NCBI RefSeq assembly: GCF_002075285.3
Contig: NZ_CP021983.2
Location: forward strand, 3,270,001-3,302,000
Length of the DNA: 32,000 bases
From: Halomicronema hongdechloris C2206
GTDB taxonomy: Bacteria; Cyanobacteriota; Cyanobacteriia; Phormidesmidales; Phormidesmidaceae
Direction of reading: 5' to 3'
Shown piece by piece: positions 1-7,967 of the stretch. Position 1 is the first letter of the stretch. Each line of letters starts with the position of its first letter. The translations under genes and the position numbers were made by a program. The notes under the pieces were generated by a model. It was not told the origin of the DNA and did no database searches. It saw only the letters and a list, made by a program, of their open reading frames with translations.

Positions 1-650
1 TTTTTGGAATAAAAAACATCCGTAATACAAAATTGAGGTTTTTGAAATAAGGAGCTTGCGATTTCTAAAGCAGGAAGAAATTTAATTGATTGGAATTGAG
101 AACTAAACTCAGGAAAACTGAGATTACTTTTTACGATTTGTGAAACTACAATACTCGGAATTATTTCAAATAAGCAAGAATCTCGTGGTTGCGCAGTACT
201 ATTGACGGAAAGCTCCCAGTCTTCTGGTGAAAGCTGATGTTCCTGCCATCTAAATGAAGCCTGTTCGATAGCCGCCAATGATGCTGTAATATCTTGCTCG
301 ACTGCTGATTTTTGTCCGCGTTTCTTAGGAAGTGTAAAGGTCTCTCTCACCCAATGCTTAAGCAATCGCTTAACTCGTTCTTCAGGGACATGTTCAAGGC
401 AGAAAAGGAAAGGCTTGTCAGTAGGCAAGCGACCATCGGCACAAACAACTTGAGGGATTGAGGCATTAACTAGAGCTTTGAATTGATATCCTGGCAAGCT
501 GATTGGATGATTGCCTCGCTGTGAGCGATCTCGTGAGTAGTCAACAAGTAAGATCTGCTTGAGGTCAGCAGGAAAAGTCAAACTGTAGTAACTATCACGC
601 AATTGGTTGGGGTTAAGCTGCAAGGCCGCAGCTTTGAGTGAGATTTTCAT
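1..650 (-). CDS. Large hypothetical protein, N-terminal 216 aa only (the gene continues past the window start). Fourth gene of the nuclease/helicase operon and candidate pPIWI-RE-type effector (unverified).
   Basis: Absent from the supplied ORF track because no stop codon lies inside the window. Manual minus-strand translation from the ATG at 650-648 gives an uninterrupted frame down to position 3 (MKISLKAAALQLNPNQLRDSYYSLTFPADLKQILLVDYSRDRSQRGNHPISLPGYQFKALVNASIPQVVCADGRLPTDKPFLFCLEHVPEERVKRLLKHW...). The ATG lies 2 nt after the TGA (655-653) of the upstream helicase gene, on the same strand and in the same AT-rich composition. The product idea rests on operon context only. Confidence 0.55.
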   Translation of the reverse strand, partial: MKISLKAAALQLNPNQLRDSYYSLTFPADLKQILLVDYSRDRSQRGNHPISLPGYQFKALVNASIPQVVCADGRLPTDKPFLFCLEHVPEERVKRLLKHWVRETFTLPKKRGQKSAVEQDITASLAAIEQASFRWQEHQLSPEDWELSVNSTAQPRDSCLFEIIPSIVVSQIVKSNLSFPEFSSQFQSIKFLPALEIASSLFQKPQFCITDVFYSK

Positions 651-652
651 GA

Positions 653-3301
653 TCAGAAACCCTTAACATTGAGAAGTGCTTGAATGCCCTGTGACCAAAG
701 GAATACTGCTTTAGGATCTTTTTGCAATTGTTTTGCTCGGTCAATCGCATCGCCAAGATAAGAAGAATAAGCTGCATCACACAGCCGTACTGTTGCATCA
801 ACCTGCCCTCTCATGATGCGAGGCCATAGTTGCCCAATATCCTCAACCCACCACCGATTTAAGAGAATATTATTCATAAAGCTCTTGGAAGCTTGGGGAA
901 GATAACGTATCTGACGTTTGAAAGCTTGATCAATTAGCCGATCTGCGATTCGTGCATAATATCGGCATTGATCAAGTAGATTAAATCGTTGAGGTGGATC
1001 TTTTTCGGCTAAAAGCTTAGCTCGACGAGCCAAGATGTCAGGTAACCGTTGATCAGTTTCAAAAAGTGAAACCAAAAACAGCTCAATAGAAATTTGTAGG
1101 TCAGTTGGATGAGCGTGTGGTCTAACCAACGAGTAAAGGGCACAAAACGCAGCCTCGCGACTACCGGGCGGAACAATATTAATATCACGACTCACACCCT
1201 GAAAATAAGCAATCAGGACATCAACACCGGGAATAGTGGCAAAGCGCTCAGCGTGACGACGACGAAGACAAGCGGCTCTCTTCCGGGGATCAAAGCTGTC
1301 TAAGTTATCATTATCTCCAACTAGAACTTTACAGCGATCACCCTGTCCCAGAAATTCAAGTGCTTCCCATACGGCCCAGCATTGAGTTTTTGAGTTAGTC
1401 GTCAGAAGTGCCCGCCGTCGGGCTTCAGGATATTGTTGTAAGTCTTGCTCAACGATCGAGGCAGATCCCCCCTCAAAGAGTCGCTTAGTAATTTCAGAGA
1501 TTGCTGCAAGCTTGTCTTCAGTTTCAAGTCCACTCACAAAGATTGGGTTACCGTCAGACTTATAAAACGGATGATAGTGCAGACTAATTTGCCCATGTTG
1601 TCGGTCTTGCCGCTGTAAGAGATAACCATCTGTGCGTAAGTGATAAATCGAGCGGCCATCAGGTAACCATCCCGTTGCTGTTGCGAGGACAAAGTGGCAT
1701 CCCGCGTAGTCGTCAAGTTCATACAGCTTACTCAAGTTAGCGACCAGGTCAGGCCCACTAAACAATAGTGAGAAATACAAGAGGTTAAGATCATCATGAT
1801 TAATGCCACGATCTAAAACCAGTCCGGCAGCTCGCCCTGTGATTAAACGAGGAAAAATATTTTCCAAATATTTTGGGTTACTGCTAAGAGCAGGTTGGGG
1901 AGCATCTCTCTTAATTGAGATTGCCATTTCGCTAGCGGTCAACCCGCGATCAGCATCATGCAGCAAAACTAAGAGCGCATTGACGGCTAAAATAATCAGA
2001 AAGTAATCAACAAAAAGTCTTTGCTCAGCTTCCTCTAAGCTTTGAAATGATTTGTACTGGGATAATGCTTGGGACAGCTTCACTGCAATTATATTATTTG
2101 GGCTTCCATCAAAATCCTCTTCATAGAAAATCTGGCTAGTTGCAATTGAGAAAGGATCATCCGATGTAGACTTAACTCCCTTTTTCAACAGAGGAAATAG
2201 CTGCTCTTTGATTGCCTGATAATCTTCATTACTCCAACCAGATTGAATTTCTTTGATAAATTCGTGAGTCTTCTTAATCCAATTAAGCTGTAAAAAAGTC
2301 GCGTTAAAAAATGACATTTTTTCAAGGCTTGTACAAGCTTCAGGTCGTCGTGACAAATAACCGATCAACCAATCAAAGATAGTGCTCGCTTGATTCAAAT
2401 CGTTATTTAAACCTGCCACTGATAATCGTTTAAGATTTCGCGACCTTTTCCTGCGAATCACGTCTTGATAGCTGCTCACCTCTTCAAGCCACTCCCTCAA
2501 ATCCTTATCAGGAGAAAGTCGGCTCTGGATTCTTTGCTGAGCAGAATCAGCCTCATCAATAAAACAGATATTAAACGTTTTAGTAATATACTCCAACACA
2601 GGCATGGGCTGGTTAGCGAGTTGGATATTAGATAATAAAGCACCCTCTGGAGTTGTGATCAAAACTGAAGATTGCGCCAAGTTTTGTTCCTGACGGTGCC
2701 GTGAGCAATTATCAATAAACGGGCAGTGACAATTAGGTTCTCCTCGTTCTGAACGATACTTGAGATCGAGACATGGCGGATTTTCACGGTCTACATGTTC
2801 ACTGAGCCCAGCCAAAGCACATGAGTAATCTAAGACATCATGTCCAATATGCTCAAGATTAGAAGATTCTGGAGTTTCAAGGAAATCCTTACGATATCGG
2901 TTGCGGTTACTTCGCCCAACAATGACGGCAATATCTTGTTTTCCGTGAGAGAGATAAGGCCACAGCTTTTGTGCTGTGCTTAAAGCTGTGGTGATAGTAG
3001 GAGAAATAATTGCTATTCTGTAAGATGACTTATTAGCGAAGTATAGAGTCACCAGTCGAATCAGAATAGACTTACCTGTACCAGCAGGACCATGTAAAGC
3101 AACTACCTGATTAAAAGTGAGCGTTTCGGTCTCACCCATTTTAGGAAATTGTGAGAGTTTTAGATTATGCAGTTCTTCAAGGTAGTACTTGGGTAGCCTT
3201 TGCTGACTGACCAATTCACCAGTGAAATTTATCAACTGGTCAAACGTCACACTTAGTTCAGGATTTGCACTACGCTGGGGAGGGATTTGAATCAAGTTCA
3301 T
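653..3301 (-). CDS. DinG/XPD-like superfamily-2 helicase/ATPase with a putative 4Fe-4S Cys cluster
   Basis: 882-aa ORF. Walker A GPAGTGKS (aa 71-78, nt 3068-3091). DEAD-type Walker B in CFIDEADS (DEAD is aa 249-252, nt 2546-2557). Cysteines C161, C177 and C191-x-C193-x5-C199 lie between motifs I and II and are followed by SSVLITTPEGALL; this is where DinG/XPD helicases carry their Fe-S domain and the 'A-D-V-V-V-x-N-H' strand. A motif III-like LATATG is present. The start overlaps the upstream stop as ATGA (3298-3301). Confidence 0.8.
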   Translation of the reverse strand: MNLIQIPPQRSANPELSVTFDQLINFTGELVSQQRLPKYYLEELHNLKLSQFPKMGETETLTFNQVVALHGPAGTGKSILIRLVTLYFANKSSYRIAIISPTITTALSTAQKLWPYLSHGKQDIAVIVGRSNRNRYRKDFLETPESSNLEHIGHDVLDYSCALAGLSEHVDRENPPCLDLKYRSERGEPNCHCPFIDNCSRHRQEQNLAQSSVLITTPEGALLSNIQLANQPMPVLEYITKTFNICFIDEADSAQQRIQSRLSPDKDLREWLEEVSSYQDVIRRKRSRNLKRLSVAGLNNDLNQASTIFDWLIGYLSRRPEACTSLEKMSFFNATFLQLNWIKKTHEFIKEIQSGWSNEDYQAIKEQLFPLLKKGVKSTSDDPFSIATSQIFYEEDFDGSPNNIIAVKLSQALSQYKSFQSLEEAEQRLFVDYFLIILAVNALLVLLHDADRGLTASEMAISIKRDAPQPALSSNPKYLENIFPRLITGRAAGLVLDRGINHDDLNLLYFSLLFSGPDLVANLSKLYELDDYAGCHFVLATATGWLPDGRSIYHLRTDGYLLQRQDRQHGQISLHYHPFYKSDGNPIFVSGLETEDKLAAISEITKRLFEGGSASIVEQDLQQYPEARRRALLTTNSKTQCWAVWEALEFLGQGDRCKVLVGDNDNLDSFDPRKRAACLRRRHAERFATIPGVDVLIAYFQGVSRDINIVPPGSREAAFCALYSLVRPHAHPTDLQISIELFLVSLFETDQRLPDILARRAKLLAEKDPPQRFNLLDQCRYYARIADRLIDQAFKRQIRYLPQASKSFMNNILLNRWWVEDIGQLWPRIMRGQVDATVRLCDAAYSSYLGDAIDRAKQLQKDPKAVFLWSQGIQALLNVKGF

Positions 3302-3840
3302 AGCGGAAATCCTTCAATCTCAATACGCTCAAGTTGACCATCATCATGCTTGTAGCTTCTTAGTAGATATATGCCATTTCCTCGACGCTTAACGTGAGTC
3401 TCTTTTAGAGGAATAGGTTTACTCATGCAATCCTTGTAAATATCAAAGCGTCCTGGCAAGATTGCTTGAGAATTTTGCTCAATTTGGCATTCTCCAAGTT
3501 GCAGATGCACAGAGTCATCTTTTATGCTGAAGCCTCGAACTCTTTCAGGTAGCTCAAAGTAAGGGCTTAACACACTACGGCGAGCGTACTCCCAGGTAAG
3601 GAAAGGGCCACCAATGACTTGCAAACTTCGGTGCAGTTGAGTTGGCTTGGTAGCGTCAATTTGATGAACATTCCCAGATACTACAAACCGTAATAAGTCA
3701 ATCGGTTCATTGGGGTAAAGGTGATGAAATGCCCAAAGACAAGCCTCTAGCTTTGCCGTTAATCGAGGTGATTCAATAACCTCTTCATCAGCAAAAACCT
3801 CAATGACTGACTCTAGTTTTGATAAATCACGTCCTGGCAC
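3298..3840 (-). CDS. Hypothetical 180-aa protein, operon-internal, with no recognisable motif
   Basis: GTG start at 3840 preceded by AGGAGG with a 7-nt spacer. It overlaps the upstream nuclease gene by 14 nt and the downstream helicase gene by 4 nt, implying translational coupling. Composition matches its neighbours. Confidence 0.65.
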   Translation of the reverse strand: MPGRDLSKLESVIEVFADEEVIESPRLTAKLEACLWAFHHLYPNEPIDLLRFVVSGNVHQIDATKPTQLHRSLQVIGGPFLTWEYARRSVLSPYFELPERVRGFSIKDDSVHLQLGECQIEQNSQAILPGRFDIYKDCMSKPIPLKETHVKRRGNGIYLLRSYKHDDGQLERIEIEGFPL

Positions 3841-4903
3841 TACGTATCCTCCTAACCTTATCTTTTACACTTGCGATCGCTCGATTAAAAAACAGAAAAT
3901 TGTGATTCGGTAAAGCATCTCTCGCTTGCTGTAGATAAACTTCACCAACCCGGTCAGGGATAACATATATGAAGCGATCGCAATCCCTAGTAAATCGCTC
4001 CTTACTGACTTTGCGAATTAAGGAGCGCGGATAAAGGTAATCCTTGCAATCAAAGATCCAATAATCTCCGTTCGGGAACTTCACAGAAACATCTCCATCA
4101 AGGTCAAGGTTGGGCCACAATTCGCAAGTGGACAATGTTCTCTTAAACTCCTCAAATAAGTTCACATCAATTGCACTACGAAAGTAAAAAGCTGAGGCGA
4201 TACGCCCCCGTAAAACTTTTTCCCCTGATTCATATTTCCTAACCTCGATCGACTGCATTGAAATACAGTCACGGCACTGAGGATGAGGTTTACAATCAAT
4301 CGAAGGCGCTCCACACTGCTTACAGGCAAAATCACTTGGAGCCGTATCGGCTATGTAATATGCTTTATCTATTAATCCCCTCAACTCTTTGGGCTTACCA
4401 CTCAGGAAATCAATCATTTCGTCCTCTGTCTTACTCACGGACGAAACAAGATAACGCCGCAACTCAACATATAACCTCTGTGGATCTTCTTGAGACTGAC
4501 AATAAGACCGCATCTCATTAAAAAATTGATTTTCCTCTATCTCGTCAGGACTGTTGCGTAGAGCTACATAGTCTTCATCGTCTGCAAGTTCGCTAACCCA
4601 AGCGCTCACCTTAATAGTTTGATCCGGTATCTTGCCAAACTGTATTAGCCGATCAGTAGGTTCTAATAAATCACCTTGTAAGTAACTGGGCCACTCACAG
4701 TAAGGCTCATTAATGACTTCCCGAACAAGCTCAGACCAATTGCCAGGTGGATGAACACCTTGTTTGAAAGCGGCAACGGCAAAATGATCTAAAGCATGTT
4801 CAGTCTCCCTTAATGGCAATCCCGAAGATGCTCGACCGTCAGGAGATAGCGCTATTGCCTTCAGTAAATAAGCAAAACCGATCTCAGCATGTTCCACAGC
4901 CAC
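3827..4903 (-). CDS. Restriction-endonuclease-fold (PD-(D/E)xK) nuclease with an N-terminal helical region and a central CxxC...CxxC Zn-ribbon
   Basis: 358-aa ORF. GTG start at 4903 with GAGGA 7 nt upstream. Zn-ribbon C194-x2-C197 ... C210-x2-C213 (nt 4265-4324). Nuclease core LDLDGDVSVKFPNGDYWIFDCKDY, with D268/D271 and D285-x-K287 (nt 4043-4108), followed by IYVIPD. First gene of the operon. Confidence 0.7.
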   Translation of the reverse strand: MAVEHAEIGFAYLLKAIALSPDGRASSGLPLRETEHALDHFAVAAFKQGVHPPGNWSELVREVINEPYCEWPSYLQGDLLEPTDRLIQFGKIPDQTIKVSAWVSELADDEDYVALRNSPDEIEENQFFNEMRSYCQSQEDPQRLYVELRRYLVSSVSKTEDEMIDFLSGKPKELRGLIDKAYYIADTAPSDFACKQCGAPSIDCKPHPQCRDCISMQSIEVRKYESGEKVLRGRIASAFYFRSAIDVNLFEEFKRTLSTCELWPNLDLDGDVSVKFPNGDYWIFDCKDYLYPRSLIRKVSKERFTRDCDRFIYVIPDRVGEVYLQQARDALPNHNFLFFNRAIASVKDKVRRIRSART

Positions 4904-5309
4904 GAATAGATCCTCGTCTTATGTTTTTGTCTTGTGTTCCTACTTCTCTAACCTTCAAGGCATCTTTGACGATTTGTGTCAGGCAAATAGCCTAAATTTT
5001 CCTAGTAAGTAGTTGTGGGGCTCACTAGAACTTGTGTTTCCATTGCCTTCAAGTAGTATAAGCGTTCTGTCGGCAAAATGACAACCAAAGCTCTATGGGT
5101 AGTGTCAAAGGTCTATACAGTTTGCATATTTGCCTGCATGTAGGGTTCTGATGAAATCGATAAAACTACCTTTTCACTTGCATAGCCTACTTTGCTACGT
5201 GGCCGCTTTGATTTTTGCAGCAGCATAACGGCAAAACGCAGCGGCGGCAAGCAACCTAAAACTCAGCACTAGCGGATTTCGTCCGTCCGCTGCCGTGACG
5301 TGTTAGGCG

Positions 5310-6074
5310 TTAAGGCAAGCTTCGAATACAATCACCAATGATTTTATTCATAGGACTTGCTTTCGAGAAATAAGTTAAAGTATGGTTCCTACTAATTGCA
5401 GTTGCTCCACGTGTACCTACTGCGGCTGACCACGCAAGCCAATCTGATTTACCAGTGCGAAGATGTTCTTCCCTCAATTCAATCATGCCAAATCTTTGTT
5501 CTGGAATCTCTAAAATCTTGGCCCGAGATATTAGAGTTGCATTTGGATGTTCGTAAAGCTCAAGCAAAATGCTTGAATATTCAGAAGTGTCAGCTAGATA
5601 ATCTTCCGAGAGTTTGCCCATCCAAAACAACTGATCTTCAGTGATGTTCTCGCCTGCCCTAATAAAATTTAATATCAAGCTAGCAAGAGATTCTCTATCG
5701 TCTACATACTTTGAGAAATGGTAGATACTCTTACTCAAACTCGGGAATCGTTCCAGAAAAACATTCATTCGCGACAAAACATCAGTTCCATGATCTCGCA
5801 GTAATGCTAAAACCAATTCTGCATCCGATTCATCAATGTCTGCCTCCTTTAAAAGATTTAGTAAGTATTCAACTTGTTCAGATGTTAATTTCTCATAATA
5901 TTCTTCCTCTTCAAAAGTAACTCCTCCAGAAGTTTCGAAAATTGTTCGTCTAATTTTCAGTAAATCAGCTTTTAATTCATCAACTTTCTTAGCAACATCT
6001 AGCTCGCTGACTTGACCTAATATGGTTTTTGCAGAATTTAGCGAGAGCCCCTTGTCTTGCCCGAATCGACGGAG
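5310..6074 (-). pseudogene. 5'-truncated ORF. Possible C-terminal remnant of a reverse-transcriptase-family (Abi/DRT-like) protein with a long alpha-helical tail.
   Basis: The 281-aa track ORF (5310..6155) has no ATG/GTG start between the CRISPR repeat and aa ~140. Its first ~27 codons are simply the translated CRISPR spacer and repeat (FQSLRRVFVDWN, which recurs in ORF 9012..9230). Immediately after the repeat it reads RFGQDKGLSLNSAKTIL, resembling the RT domain-7 motif (G-L-x-L-N-x-x-K-T-x-I). An acidic/helical region follows. No maturase X-domain motif is seen. Confidence 0.35.
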
Positions 6075-6111
6075 GTTCCAATCAACAAAAACCCTTCTTA
6101 GGGATTGAAAC
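6075..6111 (+). repeat. CRISPR repeat 1 (canonical, 37 nt)
   Basis: Exact GTTCCAATCAACAAAAACCCTTCTTAGGGATTGAAAC. It abuts the truncated RT-like ORF. Confidence 0.9.
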
Positions 6112-6148
6112 CTGAATGATTCCGCCCCTGTATCCGTACTCATAGGGT

Positions 6149-6171
6149 GTTCCAATCAACAAAAATCCTTC
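6149..6171 (+). repeat. CRISPR repeat 2, 5' part (23 nt), cut by the ISL3 insertion
   Basis: GTTCCAATCAACAAAAATCCTTC (one C>T change), followed directly by the IS end GGCTCTATTGG at 6172. Confidence 0.85.
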
Positions 6172-6449
6172 GGCTCTATTGGCTAAGCTATGCCAAGTTC
6201 ATATCAATATTCCAACAAATTAGACATCTGAGTTCAAAATTATCAAAGTTACTGAACCCAAATCCAAGTCGCTTAATGAGCTTTAATCGATTATTGATAC
6301 CTTCCACAATGCCGTTTGTTGTACCATTTTCGAAATAGTTTAGGACCTCGCCAAACCATCGACAAAGGGTACCTACACTACCATTGAAGTATGTTTCAGC
6401 ATCGACCATCCAGTCAAGCAATTCAAACAGAGCCTCCGACCATTTACTC

Positions 6450-7967
6450 GCAGGGCAATCGCACTTATTTTGTATCAATCGTACTTGACAGAATAGTTTG
6501 TCAACCCAGGTGTCTAGGGCTAGACAGGTCACCTGGTATCCGCGAGACTGCAAGCCTCTCTACTGTTCTACTCTCGACCCCGGCCTTCTCATGTCCAAAG
6601 GATTTGCTCCCTCAGTGGCTTCTGCCCCATCAGCGACCGCCCAAAAGCTGCGACAGAGCTTTATTGAGCGGTTTGAGGCTCTCGAAGATCCTCGGGTGAA
6701 ACGGCAGCCCGAGCACTTGCTCGTCGATATTGTGGCCATCGCGATTCTGGCGGTGCTCTCAGGAGCCAATGACATGGTGGCCGTTGCAACCTATGGCAAA
6801 GCCAAGCAATCGTGGCTGGAGACGTTTTTGGCGTTGCCGAATGGCATTCCCTCGCATGATACCTTCTCCAGGGTCTTAGCCCTAGTAGACCCCCAGCAGT
6901 TGCAGGAGAGCTTCTTGAGTTGGGTGCAGCAGCTCACGGAGCAGTTGGAGATTAACCTGATTCATCTCGACGGGAAAACGGCGCGGGGGTCCTATGACCG
7001 AGAGAGGTCGTTGAGAGCCTTGCAGACCGTCAGTGCCTGGGCCTCAGAGCATCATCTGGTGCTGGCGCAACACCGCGTCGAAAGCACCTCGAATGAGATT
7101 ACCGCTATTCCCGAATTGCTCAACCTGCTGGATCTCGACGGTGCGATTATCACCCTGGATGCCATGGGCACGCAACGGGAGAGTGCTGCCCAGATCCGGG
7201 AGCAAGGAGGGGACTACATCCTGGCACTGAAAGGCAATCAAGGGACCCTCCACCACGCGGTGAAGACCTTCTTTCAGGAGGCGGAGCGCACTCAGTGGGC
7301 AACCCTGGATTATAGCTACAGTAGCACCACAGAAGCCGGTCATCATCGCATTGAACATCGTCAGGTCTGGGCGGTGCCGCTGAGTCAAGTGCCCGAGTTG
7401 CCCACTCACCAGACCTGGAGCGGCCTGGCTACCGTTGTGATGGTCAGCGCGACCGCCAATTGTGGAACAAGACGACCCATGAGGTGTGCCTCTACATCAG
7501 CAGTTTGCCAGCTGAGGCCAGTGTGTTGGCCCAAGCGATCCGCTCCCATTGGGGCATCGAAAATAGCTTGCACTGGGTGTTGGATGTCACCTTTCGGGAA
7601 GACTCGAGTCGGATTCGCAGCGGTCATGGTCCTGAAAACATGGGCCTCTTACGGCGTTTGGCCCTGAATTTACTCAACCGGGCTCCCTCTAAGCAGAGTC
7701 TCAAACAGAAACGCTATCGCGCTGCCATGGACAATGACTTTGTCATCGAGGTGTTGCTTGCTCATGACGTTGGCTAAGGCCAGCGAAACGGCCCTGATAA
7801 GGGGACACAAACGATTGGAGGACACGACAATCCAGCTCATGCAGCTCTTCAGACTATTCCAACGGGGTTGGAATCACGTTTTCAGCATCTAAAACTGGCA
7901 TGACTCATAAAATCCTGATCTGGATTCTGAGCATTATGTCAAGCTGATTTACATGCGATTGCCCTGC
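6450..7967 (+). mobile_element. ISAs1-family (H-repeat-type) insertion sequence nested inside the ISL3 transposase gene
   Basis: 14-bp terminal inverted repeats GCAGGGCAATCGCA (6450-6463) and TGCGATTGCCCTGC (7954-7967). 8-bp direct duplication ATTTACTC at 6442-6449 and 7968-7975. The GC-rich interior contrasts with the AT-rich ISL3 host element. Confidence 0.8.
6591..7777 (+). pseudogene. ISAs1-family transposase with a frameshift near 7445-7460
   Basis: From the ATG at 6591: MSKGFAPS...FEALEDPRVKRQPEHLLVDIVAIAILAVLSGANDMVAVATYGKAKQSWL...NGIPSHDTFSRV, typical of ISAs1/H-repeat transposases. The conserved C-terminus (LWNKTTHEVCLYISSL...IRSHWGIENSLHWVLDVTFREDSSRIR) lies in a different frame (ORF 7460..7777). 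Confidence 0.8.

Noticed and set aside
613-801. 62-aa minus-strand ORF spanning the helicase/gene-4 junction
   Set aside because: It is an off-frame overlap of two well-supported coupled genes.
5000-5310. Group II intron 3' end (domains V/VI) downstream of the RT-like ORF
   Set aside because: No domain V-like 34-nt hairpin with an AGC triad, 2-nt bulge and GNRA loop could be found. The ORF tail lacks the maturase X-domain signature.
6075-6155. N-terminal 27 codons of the 281-aa ORF, including its ATG at 6155
   Set aside because: These codons are CRISPR repeat 1 and spacer 1 translated on the opposite strand. The apparent start codon lies inside a spacer, so the ORF is treated as a truncated pseudogene beginning at the repeat boundary.
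6498-6590. N-terminal extension of the ISAs1 transposase ORF (track start 6498)
   Set aside because: The extension runs through the element's 5' untranslated region. ISAs1 transposases normally start about 30 aa before the DPR motif, so the ATG at 6591 is preferred.
7858-7876. Hairpin TTCCAAC-GGG-GTTGGAA downstream of the ISAs1 transposase
   Set aside because: It is plausibly just the element's internal terminator. It is not independently interesting and cannot be verified from sequence alone.
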